A stretch of 64,000 bases of DNA from an uncultured Planctomycetota bacterium (GCA_963823665.1 CAWGMQ010000006.1:352001-416000), one strand, 5' to 3'; counted from the stretch's first letter, positions 46,988 to 57,761 are shown. Notes: a model not told the origin generated them from the letters alone. Made by a program: numbers and translations.

Positions 46988-49532
46988 ATGAGTGAGCAGA
47001 CGGGTGCGGCGGTTGCCGGAATGAATGATCAGCGGGCTTCGACAGGCAATGCCTCGCGATTCAACGCGATCAAGCATGGGCTGACGGCGAAGACGCCGGT
47101 TTTGCCGGGAGAGGATCCGGCGGAGCTTCAGGCGAAGATCGATGTGTACAAAACGGATCATCAGACTCGAAATCAATCTGAGGGAGACCTGGCCGAGCTG
47201 GCGGCGATGGCTTACTGGCGGGCCATGCGGGCTAACCGTTTAGAAGTTTTTCGCGTGACGGGTGACATTGTGAGGCGATCGCGGGCCGAGGCGCTTCGCG
47301 AAGCAGACGCGGCGATGGCGCTCGGGGAGCGCTTGATGTTTGACCGCCGCGGACCGGAGCAGCTCTATCCGTCGCGGGACTATGAGCACAAGGAGCCGCG
47401 GACCTCGTGGTCAGAGGGGAAGCCGATGACCCGGATAAGCCGGGCAGGCTGGTCCTTCAGCTCGAGGCTACCCGCGCCGGCCGACGCTGGCTGCGGGAAC
47501 ACCTGGACGAGGTGAGGAAGCCGATCGACTCGGGAGAGGGCTGGGTGTCGTGCCAGAAATTCATGGCTCTCCGGTTGCTGGGAAAGCAGCCGCTCGATGC
47601 GCTGTTCGATCGAGAGGCCGCCTTGGTGTTCCTTGCGAGCCATGCCATCAGGCCGGCCTTCAAGTCCGCCTTTCGCGAGCTACGGTGCGAGATTCACTAT
47701 GATCGGGTGAAGTTCCATGAGGGCCAGCTTACGCGCCCGGAGTTACGCGCGATCACGCCGTCCGATGCAGGGGCAGGACGGGCTGTGCTGCTTGCGATCA
47801 TTGACAAAGCCATCGAACGCCTGTGGAGGCTCGACGCCGAGCACGCGGAAGCTGACGAGATTCTCGAGCTGGCCGAATCGAACATTGTTAGTAATGAGGA
47901 GACCAAGCCGGTCGGGCAGATTCAGCGTCATCTGGAGAGCTCCAATCGCCTGGTTATTCGGAACCTCGACACCATCAAGAGGTGGCACCGCTGGGAGGAT
48001 GAAGGGTGGGGGAAGGCCCGGCGGGAACGAGAGAAGCTGAAAGAGCAAGCACGACGCGGGCAGATGTCCGATCTGCGGTTTGTGCTCGACGAGCGTGGCA
48101 CCGTGCGCGATGCCCAGGGCTATGACGGTGACCTCGAGGCAGGCCTGGCTCGCTGGAAGGCGGAGCGCGGGCGGCAGCCTTGTGAGGATCCGTATGATCG
48201 TGCGCCTGGTGCGGGCGGCGGGCGCTATACATGTGGCATCGTGGGTGATGTGGGGGCGAAGGTTGAAAACCCGCATAGCCCGTGCCACCCAAGCTGCACG
48301 GGCAGCGCCGGTGCCACCCAATCGGCAACTTCGGCGGACGGCACGCGGAGTGTGCCTGCTACGCCCGAACATTGGCAGAGCGCGTGCCACACGGAGCAGA
48401 GTCGGGGCCACACCGAGGCGGAGATCGGGGACGCGGCCGCGGATTCCGGACAAGTTGGGCCGAGCGCTTTCGTTCCCTTAAGCCTTACAGGACAAGAGCC
48501 CGCGTCGAATATACAAAACGAAATCGACGGGTCGGGGATGAATGAGGACGGCGTGGAGGAGAAGGCGGGTGATCGCCCGGTTGGCGGGGACGGTTTGGGT
48601 GTGCGTGAGCTGGGGCGAATTGGGGAGGACGGCGGTGAGACCTTCGGTCGTGGGGGCGGCGGCGACGCTTCGGGTGCCGGAGACCCGGGCCGAACTGATC
48701 GTGGGGACGGCGGCGACCGTTCGGGTGCCGGAGACCCGGGCCGAACTCGCGTGGGTGAAGAGGAAACCTACGGTCGGGCGGACGGCGGGGTCGGAGACCC
48801 GCGCCGAACCGATGAAGAGGAGACCTACGGTCGGGCGGACGGCGGCGACCCTTCGAGTGCCCAAGACCCGCGCCGACCTTGGGAAGGCGTCGTGGCCGGG
48901 GCGGGAATCCGGGATGGAGCCGCAAATTTGGGTCAAGCTGGGGTGAGCGATTTCGTTCCCTTAACCCTTACGGGACAGGAGCCCGCGACGAATATACAAA
49001 ACGGAATCAATGGCGACGGGTCGGGGATGAATGACGTTGGGGTCGAGGAGGGGGCGGGTGACCGCGTGGTTGGCGGGGATGGTTTGGTTGCGAGTGAGGC
49101 GGGGCGGACTGTGGCGGCGCGCGATGGCGGGGGCTAGAAGAGACCTGCGGTCGCGCGGACGGCGGCGACCCTTCGGGTGCCCGGGATCCGCGCGGAACTG
49201 TGGCGCAGGGGAACGGCGGAGGGCAAGAGGAGACCTGCGGTCGAACGGACGGCGGCGACCCTTCGGGTGCCGGGGACCCGCGCCGAACCTGCGATCTTCC
49301 GGCGTCTTTGCACGAACAGGGTTGTGATTTGCCGCCTCGGGTGCCGGAGCCGCTTTCCAAGCGGGAGCGACGGCGAGAGCGACGTGAAATGGCGAGGAAG
49401 GAGATTGAGCGGCGGCGCACGGCGACACAGAAAGCACCTGATGTTTCGGTGGACGAGATGCTCGATAGCGCTCCGCGGGTGTTGCCGAACTCGGTCGCGT
49501 TCGTTCGGAAGCATATGCCGCGGTTGCCGTGA
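46988..49532 (+). CDS. Large hypothetical protein with N-terminal SRFNAIKHGLTA motif and repeat-rich C-terminus (frameshifts near 47420 and 49130)
   Basis: ORFs 46988-47515, 47407-49137 and 49200-49532 join at G-runs; EETxGRADGGDPSGAGDPRRT repeats continue across the second break. Confidence 0.7.
48638..49289 (+). repeat. About six copies of a roughly 55-bp GAGACCTxCGGTCG...GGAGACCCGCGCCGAAC repeat inside the CDS
   Basis: Copies near 48638, 48706, 48761, 48819, 49140 and 49229. Confidence 0.8.
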
Positions 49533-49668
49533 TGCCCTCGTCTCACGGAAGGCACGGATACGAAGCGGGGAGAGCCATCCGCCGGCGGAGACTTTGTGGA
49601 AGCATTTTGTGCGGTGTGGTACCGTGTGGTTTTGAGGCAGGCCCGGCTGTATCAGCCTGGCAGCCGCC

Positions 49669-50346
49669 GTGAAGGAGGAGCTGTCCGTGTCGTCGACTTT
49701 GACTCCGCCACCGGGGGCAGCCGCGCTAGGAATTGTTCCTTCGGCGGAGCTGATCGTGAGCTTGTTCCGGATAACCGTCGACCAGTATGAACGCCTGGTG
49801 GACGCGGGCGTGCTGGATGATCAACAGATCGAGCTGATCAATGGCTTTTTGGTGAGAAAAACGGGGAAGAAACCGCCCCACGTGATTGCTTCCGAGGCTG
49901 CGCGCGACGAGCTTCTGCCCCGTCTACCGCAGGGCTGGCGGCTCACCATCGAAGCACCCGTGCGGATCCCCGATTTTGACGAGCCTGAGCCCGACCTGGC
50001 GATCGTCCGTGGAACTCGCGAGGAGTACGCGGACCACCACCCGGAACCTGCGGACGTCGGGCTGTTGATCGAGGTCGCGGACACGACGCTCGATCGCGAT
50101 CGCGGTGAAAAGCAACGGGCGTACGCTCGCGGAGGGGTGCCGGTGTACTGGCTCGTCAACCTCGTGGACAGGCAACTGGAAATCTACACCGAACCTGGTC
50201 CCGAAGGGTACCGCGGGCATCGAGTCCTGGGCCCAGCGGACCATGCGAGCGCAACCATCGGCGGGCAGGAGATCGGTCCGATCCTGGTCTCCGCGATTTT
50301 GCCGCAGACCACCAAGCCCGGCACGGCCGGCCAGCCCGCGAACTGA
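49669..50346 (+). CDS. Uma2 (DUF820) family endonuclease-like protein
   Basis: ITVDQYERLVDAG, IELING, EPEPDLAI, LLIEVADT, KQRAYARGGVPVYWLVNL. Confidence 0.9.
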   Translation: MKEELSVSSTLTPPPGAAALGIVPSAELIVSLFRITVDQYERLVDAGVLDDQQIELINGFLVRKTGKKPPHVIASEAARDELLPRLPQGWRLTIEAPVRIPDFDEPEPDLAIVRGTREEYADHHPEPADVGLLIEVADTTLDRDRGEKQRAYARGGVPVYWLVNLVDRQLEIYTEPGPEGYRGHRVLGPADHASATIGGQEIGPILVSAILPQTTKPGTAGQPAN

Positions 50347-50410
50347 AGCGGAGCGGCGGAAGGTTCCTAGAGGGGGCTCTTGTCCGAGGCTTTACGCTTT
50401 CGCTGGTCTG

Positions 50411-50439
50411 TTGACGTCGCGTGGGGCGTGCTGTAACCT
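50411..50439 (+). promoter_or_regulatory. Sigma70-like promoter upstream of the riboswitch
   Basis: TTGACG-N17-TAACCT about 24 nt before riboswitch P1. Confidence 0.55.
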
Positions 50440-50462
50440 AGCAACATCACAATTTGGTGCGC

Positions 50463-50640
50463 ATCTTATCCAGAGTGGCTGAGGGAAAGGCCCGATGACG
50501 CCACAGCAACCGGTTCGCCGCCTGGCGAATGCTGGTGCTAACTCCTGCCCAGCGTTGAGTGAACGTCTGGCCGAATATCCGGACTGAAACGGGTGTTCGA
50601 GCTGGGTGAACAAAAACAACGCCGATGGGACAGATAAGAT
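50463..50640 (+). ncRNA. SAM-I (S-box) riboswitch
   Basis: CTTATCCAGAG...GAGGGAAAGGCCCGATGA...GCAACC...GGTGCTAACTCC...AGATAAG conserved core; P1 ATCTTATC/GATAAGAT. Confidence 0.92.
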
Positions 50641-50788
50641 AACTTCCGGCGAAAAAGCCCGCCTATCCGGCTTGAGTCGCCGCCTACCTTATCTTTCCCG
50701 TCTCGCAGAAGTTGGACATCGATCCGGCCATTCTGGAGCGCGGCGCATCGTCGCGCGCGAGTCAGCTCGCGATTCAACCAACGTGAAC

Positions 50789-52073
50789 ATGGGAGATACG
50801 CCAGTGTCCGGAGAGACGGTGGTCGGTTTGAAGTGTCGCCTTTGCGGTAAGATTTACCCCAAGGAAGCCATCAATTTTTGCACCGAAGACTTTGGGCCGC
50901 TGGAAGTGGTGTACGACTACGAGGCGGTCGCGCGGACGATGAGCCGTGCTTCGATCCGTGAACGCGCACGCTCGATGTGGCGGTATCACGAGCTGCTGCC
51001 GGTCGACGGCGAGCCGACGGTTGGAACCCAGGTGGGCTGCACGCCACTGGTGCCGCGCCGATCGGTTGGCTCGCGCGCTGGGGGTTTCGGAGCTTTATAT
51101 CAAGAATGACGCCGTCAATTACCCGACGCTGTCGTTCAAGGACCGCGTGGTGGCGGTGGCGCTATCGAAGGCGGTCGAGCTGGGGTTTCAGACGGTCGGG
51201 TGCGCATCGACCGGAAACCTGGCCAACAGCGTGGCGGCGAATGCCGCGGCCGCGGGGCTCGAAGCTTATGTGCTCATTCCCGATGGGCTCGAGCAAGGAA
51301 AGGTGCTGGGGGCCACGATTTACGGGGCGCATGTGATCACGATCGAGGGGAACTACGACCAGGTCAATCGGCTGTGCTCGCAGATCGCGTTCCGGTTCGG
51401 GTGGGGGTTCGTCAACGTGAACCTTCGGCCTTTTTACGCCGAGGGGTCGAAGAGCTTCGGGTTCGAGATTGCCGAGGACATGGGATGGCGGGTGCCCGAC
51501 CATGTGGTCGCTCCGATGGCTGGCGGAAGCTTGATCGGCAAGATCCACAAGGCGTTCAAGGAGCTTGAGCTGCTGGGTCTGGTCGATGGGCGGGTCGCCA
51601 CCAAGATGCACGGTGCGCAGGCGACGGGGTGCAATCCGATCTCGGCGACGGTGAAGACCGGGGCTAGCAAGGTGAAGCCGGTTCGCAATCCCCAGACGAT
51701 TGCCAAGAGTCTGGCGATCGGCGACCCGGCCGACGGCTACTTCGCGTCGCAGCTCATCCAGTCGACGGGCGGGTGGAGTGAAGACGTCGACGACGAGTCG
51801 ATCATCGATTCCATGCGGCTGCTGGCGGAAACCGAGGGGATCTGGACCGAGACGGCAGGCGGTGTGACGCTGGCGGTTGCCCGGAAGCTGATCGAGCAGG
51901 GACGGATCGACCGCGACGAGTCGATCGTGGTTTGCATCACGGGCAATGGCCTCAAGACGCAAGAGCCGCTGCTCGAGCGGATGCGAAAGCCCGTGGTGAT
52001 CAAGCCGGTCCTGGCCGAGTTCGAGTCTCTGGTCGAGTCGCTCTCGCCGGCCCTGGCTGCGGCGGGGGCCTGA
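50789..52073 (+). CDS. Threonine-synthase-like PLP enzyme (frameshift near 51055)
   Basis: N-terminal CRLC...CTED; PTLSFKDR (PLP Lys); CASTGNLA; EGSKS; ITGNGLK. Confidence 0.88.
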
Positions 52074-52101
52074 ACCAAAAAGCACAAGGACCGAATGAAT
52101 C

Positions 52102-52371
52102 ATGGCAACTATCCGAATTCCGACGCCGCTGCGGCCGCATGCCGGCGGGCTTGACCGTGTGGAAGCCGCGGGCGCGACGGTCGGGGAGATCCTGGCCGAG
52201 CTGGGAAATCAGTATCCAGCGCTTCGCGAACGGCTGTTCGACGGAAGCGAGCTGCGGCGGTTTGTCAATGTTTATGTGAATGATGAAGACATCCGTTATC
52301 TTGAGGACCTGGCCACGCCCGTTTCGCCCGGGGACGAGCTTTCGATCATTCCCGCGGTGGCCGGCGGATGA
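52102..52371 (+). CDS. MoaD/ThiS/CysO-family sulfur carrier protein
   Basis: IRIPTPLR...FVNVYVNDEDIR...IIPAVAGG with C-terminal GG. Confidence 0.93.
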   Translation: MATIRIPTPLRPHAGGLDRVEAAGATVGEILAELGNQYPALRERLFDGSELRRFVNVYVNDEDIRYLEDLATPVSPGDELSIIPAVAGG

Positions 52372-52403
52372 GCAACAGCGAGAAGAGAGAAGAAAGAACT
52401 GTC

Positions 52404-53441
52404 ATGTCCGCTGAGTCACTTGATCGCTATAGCCGGCAGGTTCGCTTTCCGCAGCTTGGGGAAGGGGGACAGCGCGCGCTATTGAAGAGTCGCGTGGCGC
52501 TGTGCGGGTGCGGGGCGCTGGGAACTGTTCTGGCCAACCACCTGGCGCGTGCAGGTGTGGGCCACATTCGCATCATCGACCGAGACTTCATCGAGACGCA
52601 CAACCTTCAGCGGCAGGTGCTCTTCGACGAGAAGGACGTAGCGGACAACCTTCCCAAGGCCGAGGCGGCCGCTCGCAAGCTGAGGGCGATCAACAGCGCG
52701 ATCGAGATCGAGCCGGTGGTGACGGACATCGACCACACCAACATCATCGGCCTGGTCGAGGACGCCGACTTGATCCTGGACGGAACCGACAACTTCGAGA
52801 CGCGGTACCTGATCAATGACGCGGCGGTGAAGCTGGAAAAACCGTGGATCTACGGTGGCGTGATCGGCAGTGAGGGCCAGACGATGACGATCCTGCCGGG
52901 AAGAACGCCGTGCCTGCGCTGCCTGATCGAAACGTCGCCGCCGCCGGGGATGACGCCCACCTGTGAGACAGCGGGCGTGCTGGGGCCGGCGGTTGCCGTG
53001 ATCGCTTCGTTCGAGGCGATTGAAGCGATCAAGGTCTTGAGTGGGAATCTCGATGCGCGGAACGTCAATCTGATCATGGTCGACGTGTGGGACTGGACCT
53101 TCCGGCAGCTCAAGGTGGCGGGGCTCTTGGGGAAGGTTGATTGCCCGTGCTGCGTGCGGAGGCGGTTCGAATGGCTCGAGGGGGGCATGGGCTCGCACAC
53201 GACGACATTATGCGGGCGGAATGCCGTGCAGGTTGCGGTGAGACGCACCGCACCGCTTGATTTTCCCGAGATGGCCGCGCGGCTCGACGGTATCGGGACC
53301 GTGGGTCATAATTCATTCATGCTGCGGTTCGCGACCGATGGCTACGAGTTCACGGTATTTCCGGATGGCCGGGCCATCATCAAGGGGACGAATGACGTCG
53401 CCAAGGCGCGGACGCTGTATGCACAATACGTGGGAAGCTAG
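52404..53441 (+). CDS. MoeB/ThiF-family adenylyltransferase (no rhodanese domain)
   Basis: RYSRQ, GCGALG, NLQRQ, DGTDNF, CLRC/CPCC, TCETAG. Confidence 0.92.
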   Translation: MSAESLDRYSRQVRFPQLGEGGQRALLKSRVALCGCGALGTVLANHLARAGVGHIRIIDRDFIETHNLQRQVLFDEKDVADNLPKAEAAARKLRAINSAIEIEPVVTDIDHTNIIGLVEDADLILDGTDNFETRYLINDAAVKLEKPWIYGGVIGSEGQTMTILPGRTPCLRCLIETSPPPGMTPTCETAGVLGPAVAVIASFEAIEAIKVLSGNLDARNVNLIMVDVWDWTFRQLKVAGLLGKVDCPCCVRRRFEWLEGGMGSHTTTLCGRNAVQVAVRRTAPLDFPEMAARLDGIGTVGHNSFMLRFATDGYEFTVFPDGRAIIKGTNDVAKARTLYAQYVGS

Positions 53442-53475
53442 TGAATCACTTTCGCCTCCGGAACAGGAACCCGTC

Positions 53476-53843
53476 ATGTCCAAACCCGAATTCGAGCACA
53501 TCCGGCTCAGCTCCGTGGGCGATGTGGTGTTGATCGAGCTAATGACCAGGGAGATTCAGACTCCGGCGCGGCGCAACAGCTTGGCATGGAGCTTCAGCAC
53601 GTTCTGGCGCAAGATTGGGCCAAGCGGTTGTTGCTCGACTTTCAGAAGGTGGCGTACTTCAGCAGCACGGCATTTGCGGTCACGTTTCGCACGGTGCTCG
53701 ACGCCAAGAAGAAAGGGATCGAGCTCAAGCTGTGCGGGATGGACGGGGGGCTCGAGCTGGGGGCGGGCATTGTGGGCCTCGACAAAGTGGCCGAGATCCA
53801 CTCGACGCAGAAGGAAGCGCTCGAGGCGTTCAAGACGGCGTGA
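53476..53843 (+). CDS. STAS-domain anti-sigma-factor antagonist (frameshift near 53570)
   Basis: LLLDFQKVAYFSSTAF...LKLCG...GLDKVAEIHSTQKEAL. Confidence 0.75.
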
Positions 53844-53876
53844 CGTGGTGACGGTCGAGTCGAAAGAGCTGGTCTC

Positions 53877-55034
53877 ATGATTTATCTTGATAACGCGGCA
53901 ACGAGCTTTCCGAAGCCCGAGGCGGTCTATCAGACGATGGATCGCTTTGCTCGCACGAGTCTTGCCAATCCCGGACGGGCCGGACACCGGATGGCCCTGG
54001 CGGCGGAGCAAGCCCTTGGTGCCGCGCGGCACGCGCTCAACCAGTTCTTTCACGGGGAGGCGCCGGAGCGGTGGGTTTTCACGCTCAACTGCACCGACGG
54101 GCTGAATCTGGCGATCAAAGGAGTGGTCTGTCCGGGCGATCACGTGATCACGACTGATCTCGAACACAACTCGATCAGCAGACCGCTCGAGGCGCTGAAG
54201 AGGGCCGGGGTGATCACGCTTTCGAGGGTTTGTTCGAGCGGGGGGTATGTCGATCCCGACGAGATCAAGAAAGCGTTGCGGCGGGAAACGAAGCTGGTGG
54301 CGATGACCCATGCGTCCAACGTGCTGGGTACCGTCCAGCCGATCGAGGCTGTTGCGGCGATCGTTCGCGAGGCTGGGGCACTCTTTCTCGTCGATGCCGC
54401 TCAGACGGCGGGCGTGGTGCCGATCGACCTTGGCGCGGCGGCGATCGATTTGCTGGCGTTTCCGGGGCACAAAGCGCTTTACGGCCCGACCGGCACGGGG
54501 GCGCTTTATGTCGGGCCTCGGAGCGACGGCCGGATCCGGACGTGGCGTGAGGGGGGGACGGGGGGCGACTCATCGAGTCCAACGCAGCCGACGGAGCTTC
54601 CTTACTTGCTCGAGGGCGGAACGCCGAACGTGCTGGGGATCACGGGCCTTGCGGCGGGGGTTGCCTGGGTGTCGGAGCGGGGGCCGGAGCGGCTGCGCCG
54701 GGAGGAAGTTGGGTTGCTCGAGCCAGTGGTGGATTGGGCTGAAGCGATGGATGACTGGAGGGTGGCCGGGCGGTGGGAGCCGGGAACGCATGTTGGCGCT
54801 TTGTCACTCATCGCGCCGGAATCGCTAGCGCCCCAGGATATCGGCGCGATCCTCGACACGAGCTTCGATATCGCGATCCGGCCCGGGTTGCACTGTGCGC
54901 CTTATATCCATCGCGCGCTGGGGACATTTCCGAACGGCACCGTGCGACTGAGTCCGGGCGCGTTCACGACACGCGAGGAGGTGCAATCTCTGATCGATGC
55001 GCTGAGCCAAATCAGCGCGGCGATCGCAATCTAG
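53877..55034 (+). CDS. Cysteine desulfurase family (class V PLP) protein
   Basis: YLDNAATS, DAAQ, PGHK, RPGLHCAP. Confidence 0.92.
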   Translation: MIYLDNAATSFPKPEAVYQTMDRFARTSLANPGRAGHRMALAAEQALGAARHALNQFFHGEAPERWVFTLNCTDGLNLAIKGVVCPGDHVITTDLEHNSISRPLEALKRAGVITLSRVCSSGGYVDPDEIKKALRRETKLVAMTHASNVLGTVQPIEAVAAIVREAGALFLVDAAQTAGVVPIDLGAAAIDLLAFPGHKALYGPTGTGALYVGPRSDGRIRTWREGGTGGDSSSPTQPTELPYLLEGGTPNVLGITGLAAGVAWVSERGPERLRREEVGLLEPVVDWAEAMDDWRVAGRWEPGTHVGALSLIAPESLAPQDIGAILDTSFDIAIRPGLHCAPYIHRALGTFPNGTVRLSPGAFTTREEVQSLIDALSQISAAIAI

Positions 55035-56075
55035 CGAGCCATTCTTTGATGCGGCATTTGGCGGGCGCGATGATCTCGATTCGTGCGAACAGGACGGCGG
55101 GTGAATCGGAGGTGACGTTGACTCTGCCGACCCTCAGAGGGTCGACGGGATGGTTCCTTCCCTCGACCTCGAGGAGGGTGGTGTAGCCAAGCTCGATCGC
55201 GATTCGCCTGGTTGCTTCATTTGCAAGTCCGAATGGGTAGGCGAGGGATGGGATCGAGCCGGGAAAGCGCTTGAGGGCATTTTGTGCTCGCGACAATTCG
55301 TCGCGGCAGTCTTCTTCCGAGAGCAGGGAAAGCACGGCGTGCGAACCCGAGTGATTACCAAAGGTGATGCTGCTATGGGCCATATCCTCGATGTCTGGGG
55401 GATTCAGGTAGAGGGACGCCTCGCCTGCGAGCTGGTCGGCGCGACTCCGATTGAACCCCGAAGAGTATCAAGAAGATCGCCGATTCGTCCGCGGTCGTAA
55501 CGGGCGATGAGAGCTTGAACCAGCGCCCGGCGCGAGTGATGACCTGTCAGGTCCAACCAGGCCGCGACGATTGGCTCGGCTCGCGAAGGATGGCAGTGAA
55601 GAAACCAGGCCAGCTCGTTGAGCCAGATCAATGAATGGTTTCCGATCACGTCGGTGCAGAGATAGCAGGTCGCGGGGGCTCCAACAGCCTTGAGGAGCGG
55701 AAAAGCGTACTGGTAAACCGAGCGAAGACCGTCATCGAAAGTGATGACCAGGGCACGCGGAGGCAATGACTCCGTGCAATACGCGGACATGGGGACAACA
55801 TGGTAATGCTCCACGAGAAAATCGAGCTGGGCGGCAAACTGGACGGGTGTGGTGTTGATCGACAGCCCAAGGATGAATGGGCTCTCTTCTGCCTCCACGG
55901 CGTGGAACATCAACACCCGCGGGGAATTCCGTCGCAGCCAGATCACAGATGGCGCGAGCCGGGCGTAGTAAAGAGCGACGCCGAGAACGACCAACGGCAG
56001 CTCGAATGCGGCTCTGGCGAGATCGATGATCCCACGCCGCCAAGACGATCGTCGTTTCACGCGCGTCATGGTCAT
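55012..56075 (-). CDS. Polysaccharide deacetylase (CE4/IcaB-like; frameshift near 55420)
   Basis: VLMFH, ITFDDG, GNHSGSH, LAYPFG. Confidence 0.8.
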
Positions 56076-56447
56076 TCGCGAATTCTGCCTTGCATTATGC
56101 GTTGAGTCTAATCAACAAGACATGGAGCGATCCATTGCATCAACGGCCGAATTGTGTACAATTGTAAATTGTAATCGCACCAATTGTGGACCGGGTTTTT
56201 TAGACAACCAACTCAGGGATTAATTGGAGCGAAGCGGTCTGTAGGAGTCCGCTATTGGAGGGCGGATCTGCAACGGGGCTCGTGCCTTGATTGGGGCGAG
56301 CCAGTCAGCCAAGAACGGCTGCATTCATTTCGGAGGCGAAGATCTCGACTTCAAGAGCGGATCCGACGTTGGGGCCAGTGCCGGGTCGCGTTCAGTGACT
56401 TTTCGCGGCGTCGCCCGGGTTTGCCGTGCGGTGCTGAAAGGCCTTCC

Positions 56448-57761
56448 ATGCACTCCATCGTGATTCTCCTTTCTCTGTACGCGATGCTGTATGTGGCGAT
56501 TCTGCCCAACGTTCTTTCGTTGCTGGTAACCTCAGTGGCCGCGGTGTTCTACCTGAAGTTTGCGCGGCGGGGAAACGTTAAGGGTTTGCGCGGAGACGGA
56601 CGTAATCACCGATTCCTGGTCGCGATTCCCGCGCATGATGAAGAGACGACTATAGCCAAGACGGTGCGAAGTTGTTTGGCGATCGACTATCCGAGGGATT
56701 GCTTCGGGATTCTGGTGATCGCGGACAACTGCGGGGACAGTACGGCGTTGCGGGGGGAAGAGGCTGGAGCGCGCGTGCTCGCGCGGAGCGACGCGGCCCG
56801 GAAATCGAAAGGCCACGCCATCGAGTATCTCATCGATAGGCTGGATCGCTCGGGCGAGCTTGATACACTTGACGCCTTGGTGGTGGTGGACGCTGACTCG
56901 ACCGTGGCGCCGAACCTTCTCGAGGAGTTCTCACTGGGCCTCGCCGGCGGCTCCGAGTGGATGCAGTGTTACGACTGCGTGGGTAACGCCGACGCGACGT
57001 GGCGAACTCGGCTGATGGCTTATGGAATGGCGCTGTTCAACGGGATCTCGCTCGCGGGCCGGCAAGCTCTGGGGCTTTCTGGCGGCCTGCGAGGCAACGG
57101 AATGTGCATTTCGGTGGCGGGGCTCAAGCGCGTGCCCTGGAATGCCCGCGGCCTCGTAGAAGACCAGGAATACTCGTGGGTTGTCCGGATCGCTGGTGGG
57201 CGGATTGACTTTATCAAAGACACGGCAGTCTTTGCGACGATGCTAAGAGCGGGCGGCGCTCCGCTGGCCAACCAGAGGCGACGATGGGAGTTCGGCCGAG
57301 GCGACGTCCGTCGAAAAATGCTTGGTCCGCTGCTCACCTCACCGCACGTCAGCATGCGTGAGAAAGTGGCGGCGGTTGTGGAGATCACATCCCGACCGAC
57401 GGCTCAGATCGCGGTTGCGTACGTGATCCTGACCGGGCTCTTGGCGTACGCGGTTCCTGGCCTGATTTCAAATGGCGCTACTGGTACGCTCGCGCTCGCC
57501 GGCGCTTTGCACGCGATTGCTACCCTGGCTTTGCTCATTCATGCCGTCAGTCCTTTTCTTGCGTCACTACTTCCGTGGCGATACATATTAAGCTTAGGGT
57601 ATTTTCCATATTATGTCTGCTGGAAGCTGCTGGTCATGGCGCACGGTGCGCCGGACATCTGGATCGCCACCGAAAGGGAAAACGAGCCCTCCTCCGTGCA
57701 TCACCCGCCGCACGGCCGAATGGCGGAAGGAAAGGCGACACCGCCAGTAAACGGGTGCTAG
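56448..57761 (+). CDS. GT2 glycosyltransferase (membrane, processive-like)
   Basis: IPAHDEE, ADNC, KGHA, VDADS, ED, QRRRW. Confidence 0.9.
   Translation: MHSIVILLSLYAMLYVAILPNVLSLLVTSVAAVFYLKFARRGNVKGLRGDGRNHRFLVAIPAHDEETTIAKTVRSCLAIDYPRDCFGILVIADNCGDSTALRGEEAGARVLARSDAARKSKGHAIEYLIDRLDRSGELDTLDALVVVDADSTVAPNLLEEFSLGLAGGSEWMQCYDCVGNADATWRTRLMAYGMALFNGISLAGRQALGLSGGLRGNGMCISVAGLKRVPWNARGLVEDQEYSWVVRIAGGRIDFIKDTAVFATMLRAGGAPLANQRRRWEFGRGDVRRKMLGPLLTSPHVSMREKVAAVVEITSRPTAQIAVAYVILTGLLAYAVPGLISNGATGTLALAGALHAIATLALLIHAVSPFLASLLPWRYILSLGYFPYYVCWKLLVMAHGAPDIWIATERENEPSSVHHPPHGRMAEGKATPPVNGC

Noticed and set aside
46433..47176. Repeat-encoded ORFs on both strands (23-aa repeats)
   Set aside because: They stay open because the unit length is a multiple of 3 with no stop codon; the observed conservation fits a nucleic-acid hairpin better.
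49669..50346. Uma2 gene as an effector of the upstream repeat locus
   Set aside because: Uma2 paralogs are abundant and scattered in planctomycetes, and nothing in the sequence links this one beyond adjacency.
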